64,000 nucleotides of DNA from an uncultured Bellilinea sp. (GCA_938040735.1 CALHYE010000010.1:14806-78805), one strand, 5' to 3'; counted from the stretch's first letter, positions 11,083 to 21,008 are shown. Made by a program: numbers and translations. Notes: a model not told the origin generated them from the sequence alone.

Positions 11083-11147
11083 GATGGAGCATCCAAAGAG
11101 ATCAATTCAAAACAAGTTATGATTATACTCTCCCCAATTAAATTTTT

Positions 11148-13385
11148 TTAGAACAGAATGTCGAAATCACCGATTTGAATCGGCACGGCATCTTCTATCT
11201 GGATATCAAAACGCGCCCGCCATTCAAGTAATCGTTGAGCAAATTCCAACCAGGCGCGGCTGGAAGGAGAAAGTTCCGTTTTTAACCACAAAGCAAGTTT
11301 TTCAATCCAGGCATGAAGGTCGCTGTGGACGGGTTGGAAGAACAGTAGAAAAGGCTGCAAATCCCAAATCAGAACCTTGCCATCTGCGCTGGAACTGATG
11401 AGGATATTTCCATCCGGGGTAATTCCCAGTCCACTGGCAGGTTGGTTGTGTTGCTCGATGGTAAGGATGAGCCTTAAGTCGGCTTCGTGCCAGACGTGAA
11501 TTTTCCCATCAACTCCCATGCCGAAAAGCAGCGGTAGAGAGGGATGATAGATCAAGCGGTTAATCGGAGAAGGGATTGAGCGCGGCGTGGTAAGAGGTTT
11601 GAATGTTGAGAGGCTGAATTGCTGAATTTTATTGTTGCGGAAAGCGACGGCAAATTTTTGGCGGTAATTTAGCGCCAAGGTCAGCGGCACATCATCTAAA
11701 CCGGAAACGGAATGAACGGGCTGATTTTCCTGTACCGAGATGACTTGGCAGGTACGGTCTGCGCTGGCATATAAGAGCAGCTGATTATCAGAAGAAATCA
11801 AGAGGGAGAAAATCTCGTTTCCGACTCGAATGGGGGAACGGGCTGCCAAACCGCTGGGAAAGTGCCAGGAATGGATGGTTCCATCAAAGCCGGCTGAGTA
11901 AAATATTCTGCCATCGGATTGAAAAGCAATCGCTCGAACCAGACCTTTATGTCCTTCCAACGTTTTGAGCAAGACATCATCCTGCCTTCGGAAAATGCGG
12001 AGGCGATGATCGCCGCCAGCGCAGACCAGATAACCTGCCTGTGGATCGTAGGCAATCAAGCGTGTCGGAGAAGCCGGGCTGAGGATGGGCTTTTGCCATT
12101 CGATCGAGGTCAAATTTAGAAACTGAATTGAGGCGTCGAGGCTGCCAAAACCAACTTCCATCCCGAAGGGTGAAACAGCCATGCAGGTGATGCTGCCGGC
12201 AGGGGAACGAAGAACGGCCTGAGGGGCATAAGGGAGGGGTTGGGAGATGGATGTGGCCGCAAGTTGGGCGACCCGATTAAGTTCAGGCGCACCTTCGAAC
12301 CCGTAGGCATTTTCCTCGAGATAATTCAGCAAATACGCAGACCAATACAAAGGAGCGTGACTTAAGAGACGCAGCCATGAGGGGTCTGGTGGATTGGAAA
12401 GGATGGCTTGAGCAATCTTTTCCCAATCGGCCGGGCTTAATTCCCACAAAACTACGGCGGGGCGGCTGCCGGAAAGATTGGAAAGCCATTCAATGTAGCC
12501 GCTGTTACGTGCTTGAGACAATATTTTCTGCCTTAAGGTTGGACTGGCAGTTGAATATGCTTCCACCAACCACTGATGGGTGAAATCAAAGGTTTCGTAT
12601 TGATCCCATTGGTTGGACAGAAAATAATAGAGGGCTTTATCGGACGGGGAGGATGGGGTTAGGTTGAACCGTTTGGTCATTTCACCAGCAGCAGAATCGT
12701 CAAAATGGATTACCAGTTGACATAGAAGATCTCCGGCGCTGATGCTGCCCATTTCAACCAGTGAGGATAATCGTTGTAAGATAATTTGTTTTTCAACCTC
12801 GGAAGATTGTGGATAAAGCGCGAGCAGGCGGCTTGATTTTTCGGGTGTATCTAATAAAAGCGTGTCCAGCAGATGAGAAAAGCGCTTTCTGCCTGGTGTG
12901 TCGGTGGATTGAACCATTTTTGTTCGGGTTGAAGGCTGAGCGTGGTAAAAAAAATACTCCGCGAGAAGGGATAAACTATCGCTAAATTGCGTGTAGTCTG
13001 CTTCGGGGAGGTGTAAGAAGGAAAAAACGGCTTGAAGGTGGGGATTTGGGCAGATTATGGAATTGTTTCTTAAGTAGGAAATGGCTGGGAGATAATCTCT
13101 TTCAACGGCAAGCCGGTATAAACCCAGGATTGCCTCCGAATAGTTTTGATGACTTAATTGGATCAGAGCTTCCAGAGCATCCTCCCTGATCACGGGGAGG
13201 GGGGCAAAAGCGCAAACTTCTTCAAGGGCGGCAATACTTTCTTGGGTTGGGTTGTTCAGCAATTCGCGAATTATCCCTCTTTGAATCAAAGGCACGAATA
13301 TCTCTCTGGGGAGAGAAGGGATTTCGCTTATTGAAAGGAGAGCGCGGCGGAATTCTTCCAGAAGGTGCCGTTCAATCATGTTCAA
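11148..13385 (-). CDS. Helical-repeat + WD40 beta-propeller protein
   Basis: C-terminal WD repeats (GHKGLVRAIAF...DGTIHSW; HNQPASGLGITPDG...DGKVLIWD); Leu/Ala-rich helical N-terminal ~380 aa. Confidence 0.88.
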   Translation of the reverse strand: MNMIERHLLEEFRRALLSISEIPSLPREIFVPLIQRGIIRELLNNPTQESIAALEEVCAFAPLPVIREDALEALIQLSHQNYSEAILGLYRLAVERDYLPAISYLRNNSIICPNPHLQAVFSFLHLPEADYTQFSDSLSLLAEYFFYHAQPSTRTKMVQSTDTPGRKRFSHLLDTLLLDTPEKSSRLLALYPQSSEVEKQIILQRLSSLVEMGSISAGDLLCQLVIHFDDSAAGEMTKRFNLTPSSPSDKALYYFLSNQWDQYETFDFTHQWLVEAYSTASPTLRQKILSQARNSGYIEWLSNLSGSRPAVVLWELSPADWEKIAQAILSNPPDPSWLRLLSHAPLYWSAYLLNYLEENAYGFEGAPELNRVAQLAATSISQPLPYAPQAVLRSPAGSITCMAVSPFGMEVGFGSLDASIQFLNLTSIEWQKPILSPASPTRLIAYDPQAGYLVCAGGDHRLRIFRRQDDVLLKTLEGHKGLVRAIAFQSDGRIFYSAGFDGTIHSWHFPSGLAARSPIRVGNEIFSLLISSDNQLLLYASADRTCQVISVQENQPVHSVSGLDDVPLTLALNYRQKFAVAFRNNKIQQFSLSTFKPLTTPRSIPSPINRLIYHPSLPLLFGMGVDGKIHVWHEADLRLILTIEQHNQPASGLGITPDGNILISSSADGKVLIWDLQPFLLFFQPVHSDLHAWIEKLALWLKTELSPSSRAWLEFAQRLLEWRARFDIQIEDAVPIQIGDFDILF

Positions 13386-13948
13386 TCTAAAATAAGCGGC
13401 GCAATTCCGCTGGAAAGAATATCGCCATCTTGTTGAATGATGATTTCCCCGGGTGGAACACGGAGCAGGTCCTCCCTTGAATATCGGGAGGAAAAAAAGT
13501 GAATGGTTTTATTCCTGGAGCCGATCCATAGATTTTCGGAAGGATCGGAATGAACATAGCGACCGGCAATCAGCACATCCATCAGGGAAAGCAGCTGGCT
13601 TGCGGCTGGGAAAGTGTGAATTTCTCCAAGCGTAAAGCCGCTGAAAGTGATTACGGAAAGCCGGGTTTTTTTGCGGACTTCTATTAAGAATTTCAAAAGG
13701 GGTCTTAATTGCTGCAAGGGTTCTCCGCCGCTGATGGTAATCCCTTCGATGAATGGGCTAATCCGAAGAATTTTAGCGAGCAGATCATCCACTTGAACCG
13801 CTTTACCGCCCGTCGGGGAATGGGTGTGAGGATTGAAGCACCCCAGACAGTTCAAGGTACAACCCTGCAACCAAAGGACGGCGCGTTTGCCGGGGCCATT
13901 CGAGTAACTGGACGGCTCAAAATGATGAATCCGCAGGGACTCTTCCAC
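13382..13948 (-). CDS. NrdG-like small radical SAM (activase-type) protein
   Basis: NGPGKRAVLWLQGCTLNCLGCFNP (CxxxCxxC), ITISGGEP, DVLIAGRY, GSRN. Confidence 0.88.
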   Translation of the reverse strand: MEESLRIHHFEPSSYSNGPGKRAVLWLQGCTLNCLGCFNPHTHSPTGGKAVQVDDLLAKILRISPFIEGITISGGEPLQQLRPLLKFLIEVRKKTRLSVITFSGFTLGEIHTFPAASQLLSLMDVLIAGRYVHSDPSENLWIGSRNKTIHFFSSRYSREDLLRVPPGEIIIQQDGDILSSGIAPLILD

Positions 13949-13954
13949 TATGGT

Positions 13955-14170
13955 TTATCCTCTGATTTCCAAAGGTGGAAGCAGGTTGGGATCCCTGGAA
14001 GATGATTCCTGGCTTTCGGCGGTCATCTTGCGCTCAAGAATGCGATTCCCCAGCGCTTGTTCCAGAGCCTGAGTGACTTCCACACAGGCGACTCCCTTCA
14101 TGCCGCGAACGCTGATTTCAACCTGTCCATTGGGGTGGATCGTCAATTCAACCTCTTGAATTTCCATCAC
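13955..14170 (-). CDS. DUF2997-family small protein
   Basis: IHPNGQVEISVRGMKGVACVEVTQALEQALG signature; follows DUF1257. Confidence 0.85.
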   Translation of the reverse strand: MMEIQEVELTIHPNGQVEISVRGMKGVACVEVTQALEQALGNRILERKMTAESQESSSRDPNLLPPLEIRG

Positions 14171-14176
14171 GAAGTC

Positions 14177-14554
14177 CTATGCCATTCGGCGTAACAGTAA
14201 GTGAATTTTACCAGCCTCATCTTTTTCTTCAACAAGATAAAAGCCTTGTTCTTCGAGTTTTTGACGGGCGGCATGATAGGCGTACCGTTGGTTGATCTGA
14301 CGGATAAGGTTTTGGCGTTTTACTCCCAAAACGCTAAACCAATCGGCAATGATTTCGAATTTGCCATTGCGTCGTCGGAATCCAATTTCGCCACTCAGCG
14401 GGGGGCGGATTTTGATTTCCACGTCGGTTTGTTCCCCTTTAAGGGATGTAATTTTCAATTCTCCCCGTTCAACCGGATAGCCCAGATCATGCAAAGCGAG
14501 GATTAAGATTTCAGCGTCCACCCATTCGGTTTTGAGTTTTGAAATGTGAGACAT
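14177..14554 (-). CDS. DUF1257 (Ycf35-like) protein
   Basis: MSHISKLKT start, ALHDLGY, IGF...FEIIADW and QRYAY...QGF motifs. Confidence 0.88.
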   Translation of the reverse strand: MSHISKLKTEWVDAEILILALHDLGYPVERGELKITSLKGEQTDVEIKIRPPLSGEIGFRRRNGKFEIIADWFSVLGVKRQNLIRQINQRYAYHAARQKLEEQGFYLVEEKDEAGKIHLLLRRMA

Positions 14555-14565
14555 TTTTTACCTTA

Positions 14566-16164
14566 CTAAGATAAACGAATCACCGGTTGATTTTCCAATA
14601 TGATAATCCCGGTTTGTAAATCGCGGGCAGTAATGGTCAATCTTTTTTGAGAGTCAATGAAAAAAGACACCTCAAAGCGGGGAATTCCGGGTTGAGCAGG
14701 TGGATCTGCGGTCAGGAAGGTTGGGCAGTGTTCATTGACGAAAAAATACGTTCTTTCGTTGATTTGTTGGGAAGGAAGTTGAACGATTCTTGCAAAACCC
14801 TGTGGATCAAAAACTAATTCGATATGCTCTTGAGAAAAACTGCTTTCCTGCGGATTGCGGACTTCAAATATGGCCAGCCCCAGTTTTTGTTGACCCTCAT
14901 AGGAGGCTTTTACAGTCAAACGGGAGACCGGCTGGGGTGTAGGATAGGATGTTCCGCGGGAAACGATTCTTTGGAACGCGTATTGCCGGGTGGCGGGGTC
15001 AAGGTATCGAATGGCGTAATCATGCCGGATATGATCGAGGATGCCCAAGCCAGCCGCGTAGAGGGCTGCTCCTCTAGCCACGGCATCCAGCGGACGCTGA
15101 ATCCGAACGGGAGTTGCCCCAAAAAATTCCTGCAAATGCTGCTGAACAGACGGTATCATGCTGCTGCCGCCGATCATTAATACAGAATCAATCTGATCTT
15201 GAGAATATCCTCTTTCATAAGCCTGATGGATGACATGGCGAGACAATTGAATCATTTCCGCGAACAGGTGGTTTCGTTCGAGAATATTTTCAAATTCCTT
15301 CCGGTAAAGGGTCAGGTTGATGAGCAGGTCATCATCGAGGCGGATATCCCCCGTTGAGGCTTGTTCGTTCTCTGAAAGGGCTTCTTTGACTGTTTGACAG
15401 GCGGAAAGGATTTGATTGCTGGACTTCATAACGGCAGGGTGATCTTCGGGAAGTTTGAACCGCGAAAGTGCCTCCTGATAAAGCCACTGATCAATCCGCA
15501 TACCACCGATGTTCTTGCCGGCTTTTCCTAACACGCGACAGCGAGGTTTGTTTTTGGAGGGTGATTCTTCTCCAACGATGACCATAGCGGCGTTCATCGT
15601 TCCGCCTCCAAAATCAAAAATGAAAAAGATTGTGCCGGGCTTGACTTGAAGTCCATAGCCAATGGCCGCGGCGATTGGCTCGTCAATCAAAGACACTTCC
15701 GGCAGGCGGTTGCTTTCAGCCAGCGCGTTCAGCCAGTTGGTATAAAACTCAAAAGACTCAACCGGCGCGCTGAACACAACTTTACGAGGGGCAATGCGGT
15801 ATTCTTCGCGGAGAAAGGTGAAAATGGTAGTCAAAAAGTCCTGGGCTGCCAGGAATGGGGTCATTTCACGGTCATCCAGCCGGATGCGAATAGGGCTGCG
15901 ATTAAGGATGTACTGTTTCATCCAGCGTAAAGTACGATGTGAGTTAACTGAGGCGCGATCGGACACTTGATGTCCGATCCAGACTCGGCCATCCGGTGAG
16001 TAATGAATCAGGGATGGGATGAGCGGAATGCTCTCGCCATTTTGTGAAATCAGGCGGCTGTACTCCGGTATTTTGATCGGCGAAACTTGCCGAGAATCAT
16101 CATCCCAGCCAGCGATCACGGTATTAGAGACGCCAAAGTCAATTCCTAAACCCGAAAATCCCAT
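14566..16164 (-). CDS. Atypical Hsp70-family protein
   Basis: GIDFGVSNT, IDEPIAAA, DFGGGT, IGGSSMIP, VARGAA; short beta-rich C-terminal domain, no lid. Confidence 0.88.
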   Translation of the reverse strand: MGFSGLGIDFGVSNTVIAGWDDDSRQVSPIKIPEYSRLISQNGESIPLIPSLIHYSPDGRVWIGHQVSDRASVNSHRTLRWMKQYILNRSPIRIRLDDREMTPFLAAQDFLTTIFTFLREEYRIAPRKVVFSAPVESFEFYTNWLNALAESNRLPEVSLIDEPIAAAIGYGLQVKPGTIFFIFDFGGGTMNAAMVIVGEESPSKNKPRCRVLGKAGKNIGGMRIDQWLYQEALSRFKLPEDHPAVMKSSNQILSACQTVKEALSENEQASTGDIRLDDDLLINLTLYRKEFENILERNHLFAEMIQLSRHVIHQAYERGYSQDQIDSVLMIGGSSMIPSVQQHLQEFFGATPVRIQRPLDAVARGAALYAAGLGILDHIRHDYAIRYLDPATRQYAFQRIVSRGTSYPTPQPVSRLTVKASYEGQQKLGLAIFEVRNPQESSFSQEHIELVFDPQGFARIVQLPSQQINERTYFFVNEHCPTFLTADPPAQPGIPRFEVSFFIDSQKRLTITARDLQTGIIILENQPVIRLS

Positions 16165-16185
16165 CTCGTTTGAGCCTAATCGGTT

Positions 16186-17724
16186 CTAATCCGCCGATCG
16201 GATATCCAGTTGAATGGGAACAAATTGATGTTCGGCTTCTTCGGTCTTTTGAAAAGAGGCCGATTGAGCGCGGCCTTCTCGCAGCCAATTGCGCAGGATG
16301 GTGATATTTTCCCGCTGAGAAACTGATAGGGGCACCTGACGCTTTAGCGCGTAAAGAATATCCTCGGTTGTAAACTCGCGTTGACCGTCATTGAAACCGA
16401 TGTACATGGCGTCAATGACTGCCTGCTCAATCTCTGCTCCAACATAACCGCTAGAGGCTTCTGCCAGTTGGTCAAGACGATAATCTTCCGGCAAACGGCC
16501 GCGTTTACGCAGGTGAACGATGAAGATTTCGCGCCGTTCTTCAAAGGTGGGAAGGTCAAGGAAGAATACTTCATCGAAGCGGCCGCGCCGCAGCAATTCC
16601 GGCGGGAGGCTGGAAATATCATTGGCGGTGGCAACTACAAAACAGGGGGCAGTTTTTTCTTGCATCCAGGTCAAAATCGTGCCAAAAACTCGGGTACTGG
16701 TGCCGCTATCTAAACCGCCATGAGCCAGCGCTTTCTCCATTTCGTCAATCCAAACCACGCAGGGGGAGACCGTTTCAGCCAGTTTGAGGGCGCGGCGTGT
16801 CCGTTCTTCCGATTCGCCCACCAGACTACCGAACAGGGAGCCAACATCCAGACGCAGCAAAGGTAAACGCCACAATCCACCGATCATCTTTGCGGTCAGG
16901 CTCTTGCCCGTCCCGGGAATGCCAATCAAACCGATACCCTTGGGGGCAGGTAAACCATAGGCGCGGGCTTCCTGTGAGAAGGCGCGCTCACGCAGGCGCA
17001 GCCAATTTTTGAGGATGCCCAAACCGCCAACATCATCCGGCGTTTCGGTTACGGCAAAAAATTCGAGCGCTTCGCTTTCGCGGATAATTTGTTTCTTTTC
17101 TTCGGTGACCAGATCAATATCTCGGTCGTCTAACAAACCGTCTTTGACGATGGATTTGGCAAATACCCGCTGAGCTTGAGAGGCGGTCAGCCCAATGGCT
17201 GCCTGAATCAGTTTTTCTCTTCCCAATCGAGTGAGGTTGACTTTCACACCCGGTGTTTGAGTGAGGCGGTTGAGCACTTCTTCTAATTCAGTAAAGGTAG
17301 GCAGGGGAAAATCCACCAAAACCGCATCGTCTTTCAATTCGTCCGGGATTTTTGAAGAAAGCGATGTGATCAAAATGGACTTTTTTGAAAACTTCAGCCG
17401 CTGGCTGACATTTCTCAGCTTACGTTTGACTTGCGGGTTGTTCCAGATTTCGTGAAAATCTTTGAGAACGAACAAAGCCGGCACAGCCGGATCTGCCGCT
17501 TCAATTTGTTCCAAAGCCGTGAGAGGGTCACGGGCGGAAGTTGGGCTACCGCTGCCGGCCAGCAGTTGAAATCCATCAGCGGCATCCCAAGTAAGAAGCC
17601 GACGCTGGGTTTGTTCGCATACCCGCTGGATTGTGGTCACCAAACGTTCTTCTTCTGGGGTTACAAATACCAGTAAAGTGAAACGCGCTCTCAAGTATAA
17701 ATCGAGTTGATCTTCAACCTTCAT
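16186..17724 (-). CDS. Ycf46-like AAA+ ATPase (start taken at ATG 17724)
   Basis: [14 protein letters not shown] Walker A, WIDEMEK Walker B, LRRGRFD arginine finger; degenerate N-terminal domain (LKDFH). Confidence 0.92.
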   Translation of the reverse strand: MKVEDQLDLYLRARFTLLVFVTPEEERLVTTIQRVCEQTQRRLLTWDAADGFQLLAGSGSPTSARDPLTALEQIEAADPAVPALFVLKDFHEIWNNPQVKRKLRNVSQRLKFSKKSILITSLSSKIPDELKDDAVLVDFPLPTFTELEEVLNRLTQTPGVKVNLTRLGREKLIQAAIGLTASQAQRVFAKSIVKDGLLDDRDIDLVTEEKKQIIRESEALEFFAVTETPDDVGGLGILKNWLRLRERAFSQEARAYGLPAPKGIGLIGIPGTGKSLTAKMIGGLWRLPLLRLDVGSLFGSLVGESEERTRRALKLAETVSPCVVWIDEMEKALAHGGLDSGTSTRVFGTILTWMQEKTAPCFVVATANDISSLPPELLRRGRFDEVFFLDLPTFEERREIFIVHLRKRGRLPEDYRLDQLAEASSGYVGAEIEQAVIDAMYIGFNDGQREFTTEDILYALKRQVPLSVSQRENITILRNWLREGRAQSASFQKTEEAEHQFVPIQLDIRSAD

Positions 17725-17915
17725 AGGATTTTTTGCATCTTGATGTTCTTTTCGATTGATTATAACCCATCCTTGCCTTTGGATTGGATTGTGACATTTA
17801 TCATCCAGAGCAGTGACACAGGGACGCTGAAAGTAAACCGGCATTCAATATAATTGAATGGAGGGGAAAATCGTAAAATCCGCTTCTTCCTATAACCGAC
17901 TCCAAGGAGAAACCG

Positions 17916-20081
17916 ATGATTAAGACCGATGTGGAAAAGTTACGGAGCGCGCATAAATTGCTGGCTGAGTTTCGTTATGATCTTCGCCCGGTAGTAAAGG
18001 GGTATGCTAATCGAACTCTGTATGTCAATATCAGTGAAAATAGCATTCGAAGTAAGCCGGTTGACGAGAGAATGAAACGAACCTTTACCGGCGGCAGGGG
18101 TTTCTGCTTGTGGCTATTATGGAATGCCATCCGTGACAATACCCGATGGAACGACGCGGAAAACGAACTGGTCATTGCCGGCGGGCCAATTGGCGGGATT
18201 ACGGCTTATCCGGGCAGCGGTAAGTGTACCGTTGTGACGATTTCGCCGTTGACCAATACGGTGATTGACAGCAACAGCGGCGGATACTTTGGGCCGTATC
18301 TCAAGTTTGCCGGTTGGGATGCGCTCGAAATTCAAGGAAAAGCACAAAAGGATGTCATCATTTACATTGACGGAGATGAGGGGGTCGTTCGAATTGAGGA
18401 AGCCCCGCTTGAACCCGAAGATACTCATCTAATTAACCGCCTGTTGACCGAAATGTACGCCGATGATCCGCGCGGATTGCGGGGAATCTCGGTTATTTCG
18501 GCTGGTCAGGCAGCCAATTACAACTCGATCTGCGGTTTGAACGTCAGTTATTATGATCCGCGCCGGGATGAAGTGCGAATAAAGCAGGCTGCGCGTGGGG
18601 GTTGTGGACGGGTACTGCGGGACAAAAAGATTAAGGCGATTGTGGTGCGTTACAGCCAGGTTGGGGGCGATAGCAACGGGGTAGCCAATATGGATCTCAT
18701 CCGAAAGGCTGGTCAGCGGATCAACCGAGAAATCAGCCTGTTTGATGCTTCACAGAACGATATGCGAGGCACGGGGACTCCCTATCTGATTGAGATCATG
18801 AACAAGTTTCATCTACTGCCGGTTAAGAACTTCCGCTATGGACATCATGATGACGCTTATCGGGTTGCGGGGGATGTCTGGAAGCAGAAGTTTGACATGC
18901 GCGGGCCGGATGGCTGCTGGTATGGCTGTACAATGTCCTGTGCGCATGGGGTTTCGCACTACCAATTGCAGACCGGTCCTTACAAGGGCGAAGAGGTCTT
19001 CGTGGATGGACCGGAATATGAGACATTAGGCGGTCTGGCTTCCAACCTGTGTATATTTGACCCGGCACAGGTGTTGGAGATGAATTTTTATGCGGATACT
19101 TATGGGATTGATTCCATTTCGTTGGGTAATTCCCTGGCATTTGCCATGGAATGTTACGAACTTGGGATCATCAACAAGGAAGTTACCGGCGGGTTAGAAT
19201 TGACATGGGGAAATTTTGAAGCGGTTATGGAGCTGATTCACCAGATGGCGCGCGGTGAGGGTTTCGGGATTATTATTGGGCAAGGCGTGCGGGCGATGAA
19301 GCGGCTGTTTATCGAAAAGTTTGGGGCTGAACCCTCCTTACTTAAGGATATCGGGATGGAGATCAAGGGGTTGGAGATTTCGGAGTACATGTCCAAGGAA
19401 TCTCTTGCCCAGCAGGGCGGTTATGCTTTGGCAACCAAAGGCCCTCAGCATGACGAAGCCTGGCTGATTTTCATGGATATGGTGCATAAACAATTGCCTA
19501 CTTTTGAAGCGAAAGCGGAAGCCCTGCATTACTTCCCAATCTGGCGGACATGGTTCAGCCTGCATGGATTATGTAAATTGCCGTGGAACGACATCATTCC
19601 CGAAAGCAACAAGACGGCTAAAGAACCGGCAAAAGTACCGGAACATGTTGAAAATTACTGCTGGCTGTACGAAGGGGTTACCGGCGAGAAAATTGACATT
19701 GATGGGATTATTGAGCAATCGGAAAAGGTTTACAACTTTCAAAGGATTTTCAACCTGCGAATGGGATTTGGAACCCGAGAACATGACTATCCGCCATACC
19801 GGGCGATGGGACCGGTAACTCCAACAGAATATGATGACCGCCGGGATTATTACGACGAAGTACTGACGAATGAGATTGGGCTGGACATTCGCGGAATGAG
19901 TACCGAGCAGAAAATTACCGAATTGAGAAAATACCGCGAGAAGCGTTACGACCAGCTGGTTGATGCGGTCTATCAGCGGCGCGGCTGGACAAAAAACGGG
20001 GTTCCTACGCTAGAAACTATCCGGCGTTTGGGAATTGATTTTCCGGATGTGGTTGCCTTGGTTCAGAAACACGCCGGATAA
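17916..20081 (+). CDS. Aldehyde:ferredoxin oxidoreductase family (W/Mo-pterin)
   Basis: GGRG, SPLT, GGYFGPYLKFAGWDA, CWYGCTMSC, GPEYET, DTYGIDSIS and GLCKLPW motifs. Confidence 0.92.
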   Translation: MIKTDVEKLRSAHKLLAEFRYDLRPVVKGYANRTLYVNISENSIRSKPVDERMKRTFTGGRGFCLWLLWNAIRDNTRWNDAENELVIAGGPIGGITAYPGSGKCTVVTISPLTNTVIDSNSGGYFGPYLKFAGWDALEIQGKAQKDVIIYIDGDEGVVRIEEAPLEPEDTHLINRLLTEMYADDPRGLRGISVISAGQAANYNSICGLNVSYYDPRRDEVRIKQAARGGCGRVLRDKKIKAIVVRYSQVGGDSNGVANMDLIRKAGQRINREISLFDASQNDMRGTGTPYLIEIMNKFHLLPVKNFRYGHHDDAYRVAGDVWKQKFDMRGPDGCWYGCTMSCAHGVSHYQLQTGPYKGEEVFVDGPEYETLGGLASNLCIFDPAQVLEMNFYADTYGIDSISLGNSLAFAMECYELGIINKEVTGGLELTWGNFEAVMELIHQMARGEGFGIIIGQGVRAMKRLFIEKFGAEPSLLKDIGMEIKGLEISEYMSKESLAQQGGYALATKGPQHDEAWLIFMDMVHKQLPTFEAKAEALHYFPIWRTWFSLHGLCKLPWNDIIPESNKTAKEPAKVPEHVENYCWLYEGVTGEKIDIDGIIEQSEKVYNFQRIFNLRMGFGTREHDYPPYRAMGPVTPTEYDDRRDYYDEVLTNEIGLDIRGMSTEQKITELRKYREKRYDQLVDAVYQRRGWTKNGVPTLETIRRLGIDFPDVVALVQKHAG

Positions 20082-20095
20082 TCATCGGTTTTCTG

Positions 20096-20758
20096 TCAAG
20101 GCAAGATTTCCACGGATATGACCAGCAGGGTGTTGCAGCCGGCGTCAGCCCAACTGCCTCGAAACTCACCTTGCTGGTCGTAACGGGCAATATCCAGGAT
20201 TTCAATTCCTTTGACCCGGACGGTATCCCCCTGACGAATTTGAGTTAACTGATTGTAAATCTCTTCTGTTGAAGGAACCGTATGTAATAAATTGATCGTC
20301 CCTGATGGACGGTTGGACTGCTGAGCGTACCAGTAAAAACGGTGGTTTGAAACAGAGGTGCGTACAATGCTTGGATTGGCAAATTCGCCGCTGGTTACGA
20401 GAATATCGTGGGAAAGCAGAGGAAACGCCCGTTCATGGATGGGGGAGGCGTGACGGACCAGACCTTCAAACAAAGTGGGATTTTTTGATTCGTAACGAAT
20501 TTTCCAGATTTCACCGTCGTTATTTTCAACCGATGTAAAGGCCGAGTCTATTTTCCATGAATCAAATTCCGGTACAGTCGCCCAAAACAGGTTGATTTCA
20601 CCCCTGGAGAACCCCCACAGTAGATAACCAACCAGAAAAATACCAATGAACAAAAGGGGAGAACGGATCAGACACCCTAAGGGGATCAGGAATAACTGTC
20701 TTGTTGAAGGTTTATTAGCCTTCCCGGTTGAAGAATCGGCGGAAGATTTGCGTTCCAT
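20096..20758 (-). CDS. Hypothetical membrane-anchored protein
   Basis: 220-aa ORF with an N-terminal TM segment and a beta-rich soluble domain. Confidence 0.7.
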   Translation of the reverse strand: MERKSSADSSTGKANKPSTRQLFLIPLGCLIRSPLLFIGIFLVGYLLWGFSRGEINLFWATVPEFDSWKIDSAFTSVENNDGEIWKIRYESKNPTLFEGLVRHASPIHERAFPLLSHDILVTSGEFANPSIVRTSVSNHRFYWYAQQSNRPSGTINLLHTVPSTEEIYNQLTQIRQGDTVRVKGIEILDIARYDQQGEFRGSWADAGCNTLLVISVEILP

Positions 20759-20763
20759 TGCGG

Positions 20764-20791
20764 TTGAATTATAGCAAAAGGCGGGTATAAT
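20764..20791 (+). promoter_or_regulatory. Putative sigma70 promoter of the glmS leader
   Basis: TTGAAT (20764-69), 16-nt spacer, TATAAT (20786-91). Confidence 0.65.
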
Positions 20792-20840
20792 CAGGCGATG
20801 GAGGTGATGCTCATTACGATTCTGTAAACGATTGGCGGAA

Positions 20841-21008
20841 AAGACCAGCGCACGGCTTCACATCTCTGGCGACTCGTGAGGTGTTGAAGTGACGAGGAGG
20901 AAGGTTCCCTGCTGCGAAGCAGGGTTAACTGGTGAGAACAGAGTGATGCATCTGGTCACCGGGAAAATCGAGAGATCAGCGGAAGCCTTCCGGGCAATTT
21001 GATTGCCC
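20841..21008 (+). ncRNA. glmS ribozyme/riboswitch (variant with internal insertion)
   Basis: A|GCGC cleavage motif at 20847/48, P1 (GCTTCA-CATCTC/GAGGTG-TGAAGT), GACGAGG (20891-97), P2 GGAAGGT/GCCTTCC, ATCGAG..TCAGCGGA, P3 GGGCAAT/ATTGCCC; directly upstream of glmS. Confidence 0.88.

Noticed and set aside
13382-13948. Assigning the symbol nrdG
   Set aside because: No nrdD in the window, and the operon context is unrelated to ribonucleotide reduction
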